A stretch of DNA of 64,000 nt, from NCBI GenBank assembly GCA_965231095.1, contig OZ246416.1, positions 185,228 through 249,227 of the forward strand. The letters are read 5' to 3'. Source of the DNA: an uncultured Gammaproteobacteria bacterium (lineage in GTDB: Bacteria; Patescibacteriota; Patescibacteriia; XYB2-FULL-38-15). Positions 1-9,031 of the stretch are shown in pieces. Each line of letters starts with the position of its first letter. The stretch's first letter is position 1. The notes below the pieces were generated by a model. It saw only the letters and a program-made list of their open reading frames with translations, did no database searches and had not been told where the DNA came from. The translations under genes were made by a program, and so were the position numbers.

Positions 1-388
1 ATTGAGGTTAAAAATCACCGGATCGTTAACTGGTGGAAGGTTTCCTCCCGAACTGCACGAGGTTTTTGGCGTAAAGCGCGAGGAAGCGTGGATCATTTGA
101 CTTCGTAAAAACCTTGGTCAATGTTGTGTTGTGGATGGATGAACGGCCTTTAGAAAATCCTTAGAAAATGTTTAGGAAATCCTATTGCCCCATCAGCGAA
201 AATTATTATGCAATGCCAAGCTGCCCGTAATCTGACTACATTTCTAAATACGCAGATTAGCGGAGAACTTTGGCAGAGCGTAAACCATCCAAGGAAACGG
301 TTCTTGCCCGGTCTTGCATGATTGGACTGCAAGACGGTAAGGGAGGTCGACTGGAGCCGAGGTGAATTAGAAACGCATAAAGAAATTT

Positions 389-1210
389 ATGGCTAAAAAA
401 CAATTCGTCATCGGAGCAGGCGCACTAGCAATTGTCTTCGGCCTCGCTCTCGGCGTAACGAGTGGCTTTACGTTCAGTCAAGGTTCCCCGGTATCGGCGC
501 AAGTCCAACCGGATAATTCTTCTGTACCAGGTCCTCACACTAACGCCGCGATCGAGTCCATCAGAGCAGAGCTGGATAGCGTCACTCAATACGAATCGGC
601 ATATGGCTGCTTGACCTTCGGTCGAGGCGGCCAGTCTGAATTCTGCGGAGCGTCAAAAGAGCGCGTAGGGACACTGGAGAACAAGCTTACTGAAGAAGTT
701 CACAAGCTAGAACTCTCGGATCGTTCATCCGAAGCGCTCGCCCAAGTAAAGAGCAACATCGAATCTCTCGCTGAGAGGAAAGCCGATGTTACCTTCGAGG
801 GTACCTCCGCGAATCCTTACACCAATGCCGTCAAACGTATTGAGCAGTGGCAGGATGACAAAGGGTTCTTGTACATCGTCAACCCAACGAACAACGCTGT
901 TGTTCAATTCGGGCCTGGCCCTGGTAGCAAGATTTCCTTCGAACGCGACGGAAGCAAGAGCCTTCCCCAGTCAGAGCTTAAAGCGATGGCAGAGGAATAT
1001 CTCTCGAAGCACGTTGCAGACTTCGACTCAGTCAAAGCTAACTTTAGCTTCCGACAGATGTCAAAGCCTGGCAGCGTCAGTTACGCTTTCCGCTGGGAGG
1101 CTAAGTCCAAACCTCAAGGTGAGGACGTGACTCCGTTCGTTCAAATCGTCCTGTCGCCGGTGGGTGAGGTCATGAGCTTCAACGACGTGCGTAGCCTATA
1201 TTCTAACTAA
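389..1210 (+). CDS. secreted or membrane-anchored hypothetical protein (273 aa); paralog of 1917..2810
   Basis: The N-terminal hydrophobic segment MAKKQFVIGAGALAIVFGLALGV looks like a signal peptide or anchor. It shares the motif YE-x-x-[YH]-GC...G.....FCG.SK..V with the ORF at 1917..2810. No catalytic motif was recognised. Confidence 0.5.
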   Translation: MAKKQFVIGAGALAIVFGLALGVTSGFTFSQGSPVSAQVQPDNSSVPGPHTNAAIESIRAELDSVTQYESAYGCLTFGRGGQSEFCGASKERVGTLENKLTEEVHKLELSDRSSEALAQVKSNIESLAERKADVTFEGTSANPYTNAVKRIEQWQDDKGFLYIVNPTNNAVVQFGPGPGSKISFERDGSKSLPQSELKAMAEEYLSKHVADFDSVKANFSFRQMSKPGSVSYAFRWEAKSKPQGEDVTPFVQIVLSPVGEVMSFNDVRSLYSN

Positions 1211-1216
1211 CACACT

Positions 1217-1756
1217 ATGAAGAAAACACTCTCACGAGTCGCGCCTTTCCTCATGGCTGTTGTCATGTTGGGATCGTTCGCAGGCGTCGCGTCGGCTCAG
1301 ACTTACATTCACGCTAACGGTGGTTCGTATTGGTCACAAAGTGGCTCTGGCTGGAACTCGATCAGTAATGACGGGTACTGTGTCAGTGGCCGCGGGCCGT
1401 GCGGGTCGAGCCTCTGGTATCTGCAGTGGAATTACAACACGAGCGGATGCGGGGCGGATGCGAATTCGACCTACACAATGGCATCGGTAGTCGGCTACAA
1501 TGGCGACACCTATGCTTGGATCGATAGCTCAACTGGAAACATGTACGGAGCAGATTATCTCGTCACGTACAATTACGCCAGCAGCTACGCCTCCACCGTT
1601 GACCAAAGTGCGTACTACGAAGCATGGGCAACCATCGCACTCGACAAGTACCGCACCTCGAACGTCCAGCACAGTGACGGCTGGGGTGCCGCATATGCCT
1701 GCAACGGCGTGAGCGGTCTTCAAGTCGAATTCGACGAGGTCAAATTGGAAATCTAG
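1217..1756 (+). CDS. secreted Cys/Tyr/Gly/Ser-rich hypothetical protein (179 aa)
   Basis: A signal peptide ends in VASA|QT. The mature part is rich in Tyr, Gly, Ser and Asn and carries 6 Cys. The start lies 7 nt after the upstream stop. Confidence 0.45.
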   Translation: MKKTLSRVAPFLMAVVMLGSFAGVASAQTYIHANGGSYWSQSGSGWNSISNDGYCVSGRGPCGSSLWYLQWNYNTSGCGADANSTYTMASVVGYNGDTYAWIDSSTGNMYGADYLVTYNYASSYASTVDQSAYYEAWATIALDKYRTSNVQHSDGWGAAYACNGVSGLQVEFDEVKLEI

Positions 1757-1759
1757 CTA

Positions 1760-1800
1760 GGCGTCCTGACCGATAGTCAGATCGGCATTTGGAAGCATAG
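1760..1800 (+). terminator. weak intrinsic-terminator-like hairpin after the secreted-protein gene
   Basis: ggctcccg / cgggggcc forms an 8-bp stem (one G-U pair) with loop ccaatc, followed by a short T-rich tract. Confidence 0.2.
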
Positions 1801-1916
1801 CTAAAAGGGGCTCCCGCCAATCCGGGGGCCTCTTTAGTTATCCACTAGTCAAAACATGACAAAACAGGACAGATAGGGTATACTGAAAATAAGCCGAAAT
1901 AAAAGGCCAAACTAAT

Positions 1917-2810
1917 ATGCTATTTACCCCGAAACCACAACACGCAAAAATCCTTTTAGGAATCTTTGGCATTGCAGCAGTAGCTGGCATTGCCATTTTT
2001 ATTAATACGAAGACAGGAAGCAATACTCAAACCCCTTTGTCTGACAAAAGTCCGAGCATTGAAGAACTGCAACAGGAAATGTCTCGGATTGCCCAGTACG
2101 AATTTGAACATGGATGCGTTGAAAAGAACGAGCGTGGCCAGGATATTTTCTGCGGCGAATCAAAACAAAAGGTGGATGCTGCCGAGGCCAGATATAACGC
2201 AGTGGTAAAAGCATCAACAATGCCAGAGAGTGCAACCGTACAGGCTGACACTGAAGCGATCAAGAAATTTATGGGCGACGCTACTTACCAAGTGGAATAT
2301 TCCCGCAGCCAATCTCCTGCAAACTTTAGTGTGGGAGTGCTGACAAAACTTTCGGATCAGGGCGATGAGCGTATCGATACGCCTCAAGCGTGGAAGCGGA
2401 CAGTAAATATTTACAGAGCAACCCAAGAAATTGAAGGAACCTGCCAGGTTTACGAATACGAGGTCTACCCAAAAACCCATGATCTGATAGAAGTGCGCGT
2501 AGTCTACCCAGACAACTACCAAGGCAAATGCACGAAAGGTGATCTGTTCTCACCCAAGACTTCGGAAGCGAAAATAAAAGAGGTCGGTCAAGCCTACCTT
2601 AAAAATCTTGGGCTTACGCAGTCGTTTACCGTCACTCCCGTTGATGACATGAGTCGATGGCAATGGAAGTGGCAAGATGCGGATTATAAGCTTCCGGAGG
2701 GAATCGTTGGCAGGTCGGCCGTCGATTCAAAACCAACCATTAGAATATTTATTTCAAGCTCCGGAAAATTACTTCAGTACAACAACACCGTCGCATTATT
2801 TGAGAATTAA
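1917..2810 (+). CDS. membrane-anchored hypothetical protein (297 aa); paralog of 389..1210
   Basis: N-terminal TM segment ILLGIFGIAAVAGIAIFI. The motif YEFEHGC...FCGESKQKV matches YESAYGC...FCGASKERV in the first ORF. Confidence 0.5.
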   Translation: MLFTPKPQHAKILLGIFGIAAVAGIAIFINTKTGSNTQTPLSDKSPSIEELQQEMSRIAQYEFEHGCVEKNERGQDIFCGESKQKVDAAEARYNAVVKASTMPESATVQADTEAIKKFMGDATYQVEYSRSQSPANFSVGVLTKLSDQGDERIDTPQAWKRTVNIYRATQEIEGTCQVYEYEVYPKTHDLIEVRVVYPDNYQGKCTKGDLFSPKTSEAKIKEVGQAYLKNLGLTQSFTVTPVDDMSRWQWKWQDADYKLPEGIVGRSAVDSKPTIRIFISSSGKLLQYNNTVALFEN

Positions 2811-2811
2811 T

Positions 2812-2994
2812 ATGAATAAAAAAAATCCTAAAGATTATCTCACCGCCAAAGAAGCCGCAGATGTCCTCCATGTGAGTGAGCGGACAATTATGCGATACAT
2901 TAAAACCAAACGATTGCTCGCCACTAAGATAGGTCAATGGCGAATTAAAAAGGCGGATATTGACCGTCTAGTGAGAGCGAGCAGTAATAAATAA
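2812..2994 (+). CDS. excisionase/MerR-superfamily helix-turn-helix DNA-binding protein (60 aa)
   Basis: LTAKEAADVLHVSERTIMRYIKTKRLLATKIGQWRIKKADIDRLV is a typical Xis/HTH_17-like motif. The ATG at 2812 follows the upstream stop at 2808-2810. The longer ORF from 2677 overlaps the upstream gene and was rejected. Confidence 0.5.
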   Translation: MNKKNPKDYLTAKEAADVLHVSERTIMRYIKTKRLLATKIGQWRIKKADIDRLVRASSNK

Positions 2995-2998
2995 TTTT

Positions 2999-4069
2999 AT
3001 GATAGATCAATTTTTACCCAGCAGCATACCACCTTCCAAATTCAATTTTTTGAAGACGCGATTTGCTATGGTATTGATGGCAGCCATAGTGATATTGGGA
3101 GTCGGAGGTGCGGTGGCTTATAAGTTAACTTTTGCAGCACCCGAACGACAGGCAGAGCTTGTACAATTTACAATTCCCCTCGGCCAGAGCGATAAAACGG
3201 GAGAGGAACTTAAAGAAAAAGGCTTCGTCAGAAGTGGCTGGGCCTTCAAATTTGCTATGGGAGACGCAGAGGTTGAGCCAGGAGCCTACAAGATATCCAA
3301 GTCAATGAACGCTTTTGAGATCGCGCGTGTTTTCAAGAAAGGGTCGTACATGGAATGGGTGGTCATACCCGAAGGTCTACGAAAAGAGCAGATTGGAGAA
3401 TTGCTCGCAGAAAAACTTGGATGGAGTGATGAAGTGAAAGCAAAATGGATCACGACGTATACCTCAATGAACTATGACGAAATCGAAGGTCTATATTTCC
3501 CCGACACTTACCTGATCCCGGTCGACGAAGAACCGCTGAAGGTGGCCGATAGATTGCGCGCAAAATTTAATGAGAAGCTTCAGCCTTACACTCAGGAGGC
3601 TCTCAAACAGAACATCAAATGGACGACGGCACTTAAGCTTGCTTCAATCATACAAAGAGAAGCGGCCGGCAAAGATGACATGCCACTTATCGCAGGCATC
3701 CTGTGGAATCGTCTGCTCAAAGACATGAAGCTAGAAGTCGATGCCACCGTGCAATATATTCGAGATGATCAGATTCACTACGGTGAAGCACGATATGACA
3801 AGCAGCCAGGCAGCTACGACAGCGAAGGCACCTGGTGGACGCCGATCAAACCAGAAGACAAGGATATTCCCTCGCCTTATAACACCTACCGAAACAAAGG
3901 TCTGCCTCCTCACCCGATCGACAACCCCGGCATCGACGCAATCAAAGCGGTGCTTTATCCGGAGGAAACGGAATGCATGTTCTATCTCCACGACAAATCA
4001 AAAACCATCCATTGCGCTAAAACCTTCGAGGAACATAAAGCTAATATTGCAACCTATCTAAGTGATTAA
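2999..4069 (+). CDS. mltG: MltG/YceG-like endolytic murein transglycosylase
   Basis: Single N-terminal TM helix. The motif EGLYFPDTYLIP matches the YceG/MltG EG-x-x-x-P-D-TY signature. Overall length and layout fit the YceG family. Confidence 0.55.
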   Translation: MIDQFLPSSIPPSKFNFLKTRFAMVLMAAIVILGVGGAVAYKLTFAAPERQAELVQFTIPLGQSDKTGEELKEKGFVRSGWAFKFAMGDAEVEPGAYKISKSMNAFEIARVFKKGSYMEWVVIPEGLRKEQIGELLAEKLGWSDEVKAKWITTYTSMNYDEIEGLYFPDTYLIPVDEEPLKVADRLRAKFNEKLQPYTQEALKQNIKWTTALKLASIIQREAAGKDDMPLIAGILWNRLLKDMKLEVDATVQYIRDDQIHYGEARYDKQPGSYDSEGTWWTPIKPEDKDIPSPYNTYRNKGLPPHPIDNPGIDAIKAVLYPEETECMFYLHDKSKTIHCAKTFEEHKANIATYLSD

Positions 4070-4071
4070 TT

Positions 4072-4737
4072 ATGAATCTTCTCATTGTCGAAAATGACAA
4101 AGAAACCCTTAATTTCTTAAAGCCTTCTCTGAAGGCCGAAGGGTTTGTCGTCGACACAGCAGAAGATGGAGAGGCCGGATCTTATAAAGCTCAAATAAAC
4201 GATTACGATCTTATCATTTTAGATATTGGGTTGCCACGAAAAGATGGACGACAAGTTTGCTCTGAGATTCGATCAGCAGGCAAGAACATGCCGATACTTA
4301 TACTCTCGATAAAGGGTGAGATTGAGACAAAGGTAGATCTTCTAAGTATCGGGGCAGATGATTATATTACGAAGCCGTACTCATATGCGGAGCTGGCGGC
4401 AAGAGTGAAGGCATTAATACGTCGGCCGCAGAAAGTGGAAGATCAGATTTTTAGCGTGGGTGACATAGAACTCAATCTGCCCAAACGATCTGTTTATCGA
4501 GCTGGCAAAAAAGTTCACCTGGCCCCAAAAGAATTTTTCCTTTTAGAATTTTTGCTACGCAATCGAGGGCGGGTTCTCACACGGCAGACGATCCTGGAAC
4601 ATGTTTGGGACATGAATGCCGACTTGTTTACTAATACGGTTGAGACGCACGTCACGATCCTTCGGCGAAAACTGAAAGGCAGGAACAAAGGCGATTTTAT
4701 TAGGACAGTTTCCGGTACTGGATATGTAATTGACTGA
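4072..4737 (+). CDS. OmpR-family two-component response regulator
   Basis: Receiver domain with the acidic pocket and phospho-acceptor (LIILDIGLP) and conserved K (ILILSIKG). The C-terminal winged-helix trans_reg_C domain reads TRQTILEHVW...TNTVETHVTILRRKL. Confidence 0.8.
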   Translation: MNLLIVENDKETLNFLKPSLKAEGFVVDTAEDGEAGSYKAQINDYDLIILDIGLPRKDGRQVCSEIRSAGKNMPILILSIKGEIETKVDLLSIGADDYITKPYSYAELAARVKALIRRPQKVEDQIFSVGDIELNLPKRSVYRAGKKVHLAPKEFFLLEFLLRNRGRVLTRQTILEHVWDMNADLFTNTVETHVTILRRKLKGRNKGDFIRTVSGTGYVID

Positions 4738-4995
4738 ATTATGGCTTAAAATATTTAAAAATATCTGTTATAATTAATCCGTAGATTCTGTGGTCGAAGA
4801 ATCTGTAACTTATAAAAAACCATAAAAACTATGAGCAAACTCATTAAGGAAATTTTGACCAACAAAGCAGTTCGCAACAGTGGCGCTTTGATGTCGCTTA
4901 TTGTGACCATCATGAGTGTTGGAGTACCTTGGGCTGATAAATAAAATTGCCGCCGAATCGGTACAATTGCGCTCCATGTTAGTGGCCTTAATCCT

Positions 4996-6411
4996 ATGAA
5001 AAGGATCAGTGCTTTTTTATATCAGTTGATCGAACCGCGGTCCCAAACGGACGATCTGCGACGGCGCGAGTTTGTTTTCAATATAATCCTTTCTGCGCTG
5101 ATTGTCCTTTTAATCTTCGCAAATATAGTTACAGTTTCGGAATCCATCCTTCTTGGTTCAACGTATAGAGGGTTATCGCCGCTAATAACAATAATTGTTT
5201 TATCCCTTTTCCTCTTTTTCTTTTATCTATCGCGGAGAGGCTATTTCTATTTAGCGTCCTATTTTTTAATTGGAATAATATTTAGCTTAGCTGCTTACAT
5301 GAGCTTAAAATGGGGCGTTGATTTAGTGGCGTCTCTTCTTTTTTATGCTTTGGCGATTGTCATGGCAGGTATATTACTAAACAAGAGACATATTTTTATT
5401 ACATCATTTGCTGTTGGATGCATGTTAGTGACCGTTGGATATTTTCAAGCGACAAATAAAATTTCACCTAATAGATACTGGACTTCAGAGATGTGGGGTA
5501 TAGCAGAAACTTCTGTCGCTGTAATAATTTTCATGGTCATAGCGACGATTACGTGGCTTTACAATCGGGAGATAGAAAAATCAATCTTAAAACTTAGAAA
5601 ATCGGAAGTAGAATTGAAAGAAGAACGTGACTCTTTGGAGATCAAGGTAGAGCAGAGGACAAAAGAATTAAAAGAAGTTCAGGCGGAAAAGATGACCCAG
5701 TTATATCGATTCGCTGAATTTGGAAGAATTTCCTCCGGACTTTTTCACGACCTTATTAACCCATTGAACGCGGTATCGCTTAACTTGGGAAAGACTGGTG
5801 GCACGCCAGAGGAAACCAAGCAGTATGTAGGTAACGCAGTACGAGCCGCAAAGAAATTGGAGGATTTGGTAGTCGCGGTACGCAAGCAATTAGCGAGAGA
5901 AGAAACGAAAACTTTATTCTTGGCCGATGAGGAGATTGGGCATGTCATCGAGGTTCTTTCCCATAAGGCACAACAGGCCAAGGTTGAACTGAAGTTTATA
6001 CCAGGAAGCGATATCAAAATGTTTGGCGATGCGATAAAATTTAATCAGGTGGTGCTCAATCTTGTTGCCAATGGTATTGATGCTTGCATGCCGCCTACAG
6101 CGGAGCTCGTGCCAATAAGCCCCGGCGATCGATGGGTAGAGATATCTGTCATAGAGGAACCAGAAACCATAATCATGCTCGTGGAAGATAACGGTGTTGG
6201 AATACCAGAACAGCACATGGATAAGATCTTCGAGCCATTTTTTACTACGAAAATAAACGGGCAAGGAATTGGCATCGGACTTTCAATGGCCAAGCGAATC
6301 GTAGAAAAAGACTTTGGAGGTTTGCTCAGTGCTAAGAGTGAAGCAGGTAGAGGATCATCCTTTAAAGTATCTCTGCCCGTGCGTAAACAGGCTACCGAAT
6401 ATGCAGCATAA
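4996..6411 (+). CDS. membrane sensor histidine kinase
   Basis: About 6 N-terminal TM helices, a coiled coil, the H-box FHDLINPLNAV and a HATPase_c domain (N-box LVANGIDA, G1 VEDNGVGIP, G2 GQGIGIGLSMAKRIV). Confidence 0.75.
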   Translation: MKRISAFLYQLIEPRSQTDDLRRREFVFNIILSALIVLLIFANIVTVSESILLGSTYRGLSPLITIIVLSLFLFFFYLSRRGYFYLASYFLIGIIFSLAAYMSLKWGVDLVASLLFYALAIVMAGILLNKRHIFITSFAVGCMLVTVGYFQATNKISPNRYWTSEMWGIAETSVAVIIFMVIATITWLYNREIEKSILKLRKSEVELKEERDSLEIKVEQRTKELKEVQAEKMTQLYRFAEFGRISSGLFHDLINPLNAVSLNLGKTGGTPEETKQYVGNAVRAAKKLEDLVVAVRKQLAREETKTLFLADEEIGHVIEVLSHKAQQAKVELKFIPGSDIKMFGDAIKFNQVVLNLVANGIDACMPPTAELVPISPGDRWVEISVIEEPETIIMLVEDNGVGIPEQHMDKIFEPFFTTKINGQGIGIGLSMAKRIVEKDFGGLLSAKSEAGRGSSFKVSLPVRKQATEYAA

Positions 6412-7768
6412 TCAATTTATCGATAACTTACTTTCAATTGTTGAATCCGGCGAGAGCGTCGGAGGTATAAAGCTGGCGCAGATTGTAAAACACCTCACTG
6501 AGATGGAAGTGGACGAAGGGGGCCCGTATTCCTTGGAACCTAAACAAGGAGCAACTGACGTCGGTCTTAATCTAGCCATCGCTTGTTTTCTGGCGATGCA
6601 GGATATTCGCTTGCCTAAGCTCGATGACTTTTTAGAAAAGCACCTTTCAAATATCGCGGGACCATTCGGCAGCGTCATTGAAGACAAAAAAGTTTGCAAT
6701 CTCATTAATAAATATCAAACACTGATCGGCAATGTGGACAAAGAGGAGCCGGTCAAACAACCGATCGTCTACAACGAGAATGAGCAGCGCATCATGGATA
6801 TGATACGAAAAAAATTTGACGATCGGTTCTCAAACTTTTCTCCGGTACTGCGAGAACGAGCCAAGTCAGCGATTGAAAAGACCATCCGCGGCAACCGGGA
6901 TAAGCAGATGTCACTCATGGCTTATTACACGAAGGTCTCCCTCGGAAAGAGCGGGGAGAGTATTCCCGATGAATTGGTCGCCGACATCGGACTTGCCAAC
7001 ATTTTCTTTTGGACGGCATTTATAATCTATGACGACTTTTGGGATCGAGACGAAGCGGCCGATCCGCGTCTGCTTCCTATCGCTAATATTTTTGCTCGCC
7101 ACTACATAGACTTTTTTATTGCCTTACCCGATGACAAAGAATTCCGCCCGTTCTTCCATGACCTAATGGATAAGCTGGACGGTTCAAACGCCTGGGAAGT
7201 TGAAAACTGTCGTGCCAAAGTCGAGGGAAGCATTTTCCATATTCCAGCAACCCTGCCCGACTTTGGAGACTATGAAAATAAATATCGCCCTGCATCCGGA
7301 CACATCCTTTCCTCGGTTGCTATACTCACGCAATTTGGCAAAGAATTAAAAACTGAAGACTGGGGGAATATCATCTCGTACTTCAAACACTATCTGGTCG
7401 CTATGCAATTGAATGACGACGCTCATGACTGGGAAGAAGATCTGCAGCGCGGGCATTTGAGTACCGTGGTCACGCTTCTTCTCGGTGATCTAAAAAAGAA
7501 CGGGTGGAAAAAACAGACTATCGATCTCAGCACCGATCTACCGGAGATCAGAAAAATATTCTGGTTCACTACTATGCCCCAATACGTGAAAATTGTCCTA
7601 GCCCAAACCGGCACATCACGAAAGGCGCTTCGTTCAATCTCTATAATCGAGGAACCCGATCTCCTTGAGCGCATTATTACAACGACCGAGAACGTGGCCC
7701 GGCAAGCGGAGAGGGAGAGTATTGATTCCAGTGCCCTACTCAAGGAATATACCAATACCCAAGAATAG
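6401..7768 (+). CDS. isoprenoid-synthase-fold (terpenoid synthase superfamily) protein with two DDxxD motifs
   Basis: The ATG at 6401 overlaps the HK stop at 6409-6411. FWTAFIIYDDFWDRDE carries a first DDxxD. About 125 aa downstream, AMQLNDDAHDWEED resembles the prenyltransferase SARM FQ-x-x-DDxxD, or a terpene-synthase NSE-like motif. The listed start at 6314 lies inside the HK gene and was rejected. Confidence 0.4.
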   Translation: MQHNQFIDNLLSIVESGESVGGIKLAQIVKHLTEMEVDEGGPYSLEPKQGATDVGLNLAIACFLAMQDIRLPKLDDFLEKHLSNIAGPFGSVIEDKKVCNLINKYQTLIGNVDKEEPVKQPIVYNENEQRIMDMIRKKFDDRFSNFSPVLRERAKSAIEKTIRGNRDKQMSLMAYYTKVSLGKSGESIPDELVADIGLANIFFWTAFIIYDDFWDRDEAADPRLLPIANIFARHYIDFFIALPDDKEFRPFFHDLMDKLDGSNAWEVENCRAKVEGSIFHIPATLPDFGDYENKYRPASGHILSSVAILTQFGKELKTEDWGNIISYFKHYLVAMQLNDDAHDWEEDLQRGHLSTVVTLLLGDLKKNGWKKQTIDLSTDLPEIRKIFWFTTMPQYVKIVLAQTGTSRKALRSISIIEEPDLLERIITTTENVARQAERESIDSSALLKEYTNTQE

Positions 7769-7962
7769 CCGTAGCGACTAAAAAGGGCTTTAAGGCCCCT
7801 TTTTATTAGCCTTTGTTTGCCATTATTTGGTCCTGTAGCGAGTTTTTTATGCTTCAGCGAGTATTGGGGAGAGGATTTCCACAGGGGGGGAAACTTGCAC
7901 TTGCCGTTATAATCCGTTATAATCCGTCATATAGACTATAACGTTAAAAGTTAAGCCATTTT

Positions 7963-9027
7963 ATGAACGACATTACCCGAAAATTTGATCACCGCATAAA
8001 AAATCCTGATCCGCACATCGTGGCTCTTTTGGCTGAGATCGATGGGATTCGCGGCGAGTTCAAGGGGGGCTTGAGAATGACGCCTCAGGCAATTACCAAT
8101 CTCAAGCGATCAACCCTGATCACTTCTGCCGGTGCATCCACACGTATAGAGGGGGCAAAACTAACCGATGAAAAAGTCGAGGACGTTATGCGTGGCCTCG
8201 CGGTCTCAAAGTTTGCTGATCGTGATTCACAGGAAGTGCAAGGATATCTAGAGACACTTCAAAATGTTTTCGACAGCTTCCAGACCCTACCACTTCGAGA
8301 GGGTGTGATCACTTCTCTTCATAATCAGCTTCTGAAATATTCTCATAAGGATGACACGCACCGTGGCGGTTACAAAAAGACAGAGAACACAGTCGGGGTA
8401 CTTGGGCTAGATGGAAAAATTGCAAAGATTATGTTTGAAACGACACCGGCATTCCTTACTGCAAAGGAAATGCAGGAGCTTGTCGAGTGGACGGAAGATG
8501 CGATGGAAAAGAATCGTTTCCATCAGCTTTTAATCATCGCCAATTTTATTGTTGAGTTTTTGAAGATTCACCCATTTGAAGATGGTAATGGACGTCTTTC
8601 GCGCGTCCTCACAAATCTTTTACTTCTGCGCTCCGGCTACACATTTGTGCAGTATGTCTCGCATGAACAAATTGTTGAGCGTCGCAAGGATGAATATTAC
8701 ATTGCGCTCCGCAAGTCGCAGGAGACGTTTAAAACCGATCACGACACCATTTCGCCGTGGCTGAATTTCTTTTTGTCTGTTGTGCAAGAGCAAGCCAAAA
8801 AAGCACTCTCGTATTTACAGGAGGAAAAAATTGAGGACACTCTTTCTCCTAAGCAGTACGAAGTTTGGAAATATATTTCAAACGTTGGGGAGTCGGGGCC
8901 AGGCGATATCGTTAAAGCAACTGGTATAGCGCTCGGCACTGTCCGTCAAGCGCTTAGGAGTTTGGTCGATCTGGGCAAGATTAAGCGTATCGGCCGCGGC
9001 CGCGGTACGAGGTACGTAAAAATATAA
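7963..9027 (+). CDS. Fic/DOC-family protein (likely AMP-transferase) with C-terminal winged helix
   Basis: Canonical Fic motif HPFEDGNGRLSR. An N-terminal inhibitory-helix motif STRIEG matches (S/T)xxxE(G/N). A C-terminal HTH-like region reads GDIVKATGIALGTVRQALRSL. Confidence 0.8.
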   Translation: MNDITRKFDHRIKNPDPHIVALLAEIDGIRGEFKGGLRMTPQAITNLKRSTLITSAGASTRIEGAKLTDEKVEDVMRGLAVSKFADRDSQEVQGYLETLQNVFDSFQTLPLREGVITSLHNQLLKYSHKDDTHRGGYKKTENTVGVLGLDGKIAKIMFETTPAFLTAKEMQELVEWTEDAMEKNRFHQLLIIANFIVEFLKIHPFEDGNGRLSRVLTNLLLLRSGYTFVQYVSHEQIVERRKDEYYIALRKSQETFKTDHDTISPWLNFFLSVVQEQAKKALSYLQEEKIEDTLSPKQYEVWKYISNVGESGPGDIVKATGIALGTVRQALRSLVDLGKIKRIGRGRGTRYVKI

Positions 9028-9031
9028 TTTT

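Noticed and set aside
2677-2811. N-terminal extension of the excisionase-like ORF (start 2677)
   Set aside because: It overlaps the 3' end of the upstream gene in another frame. The ATG at 2812, right after the upstream stop, gives a typical 60-aa HTH protein.
6314-6400. Long N-terminal extension of the isoprenoid-synthase-like ORF starting at 6314
   Set aside because: It lies entirely inside the histidine-kinase coding region in another frame. The ATG at 6401 overlapping the kinase stop is preferred.
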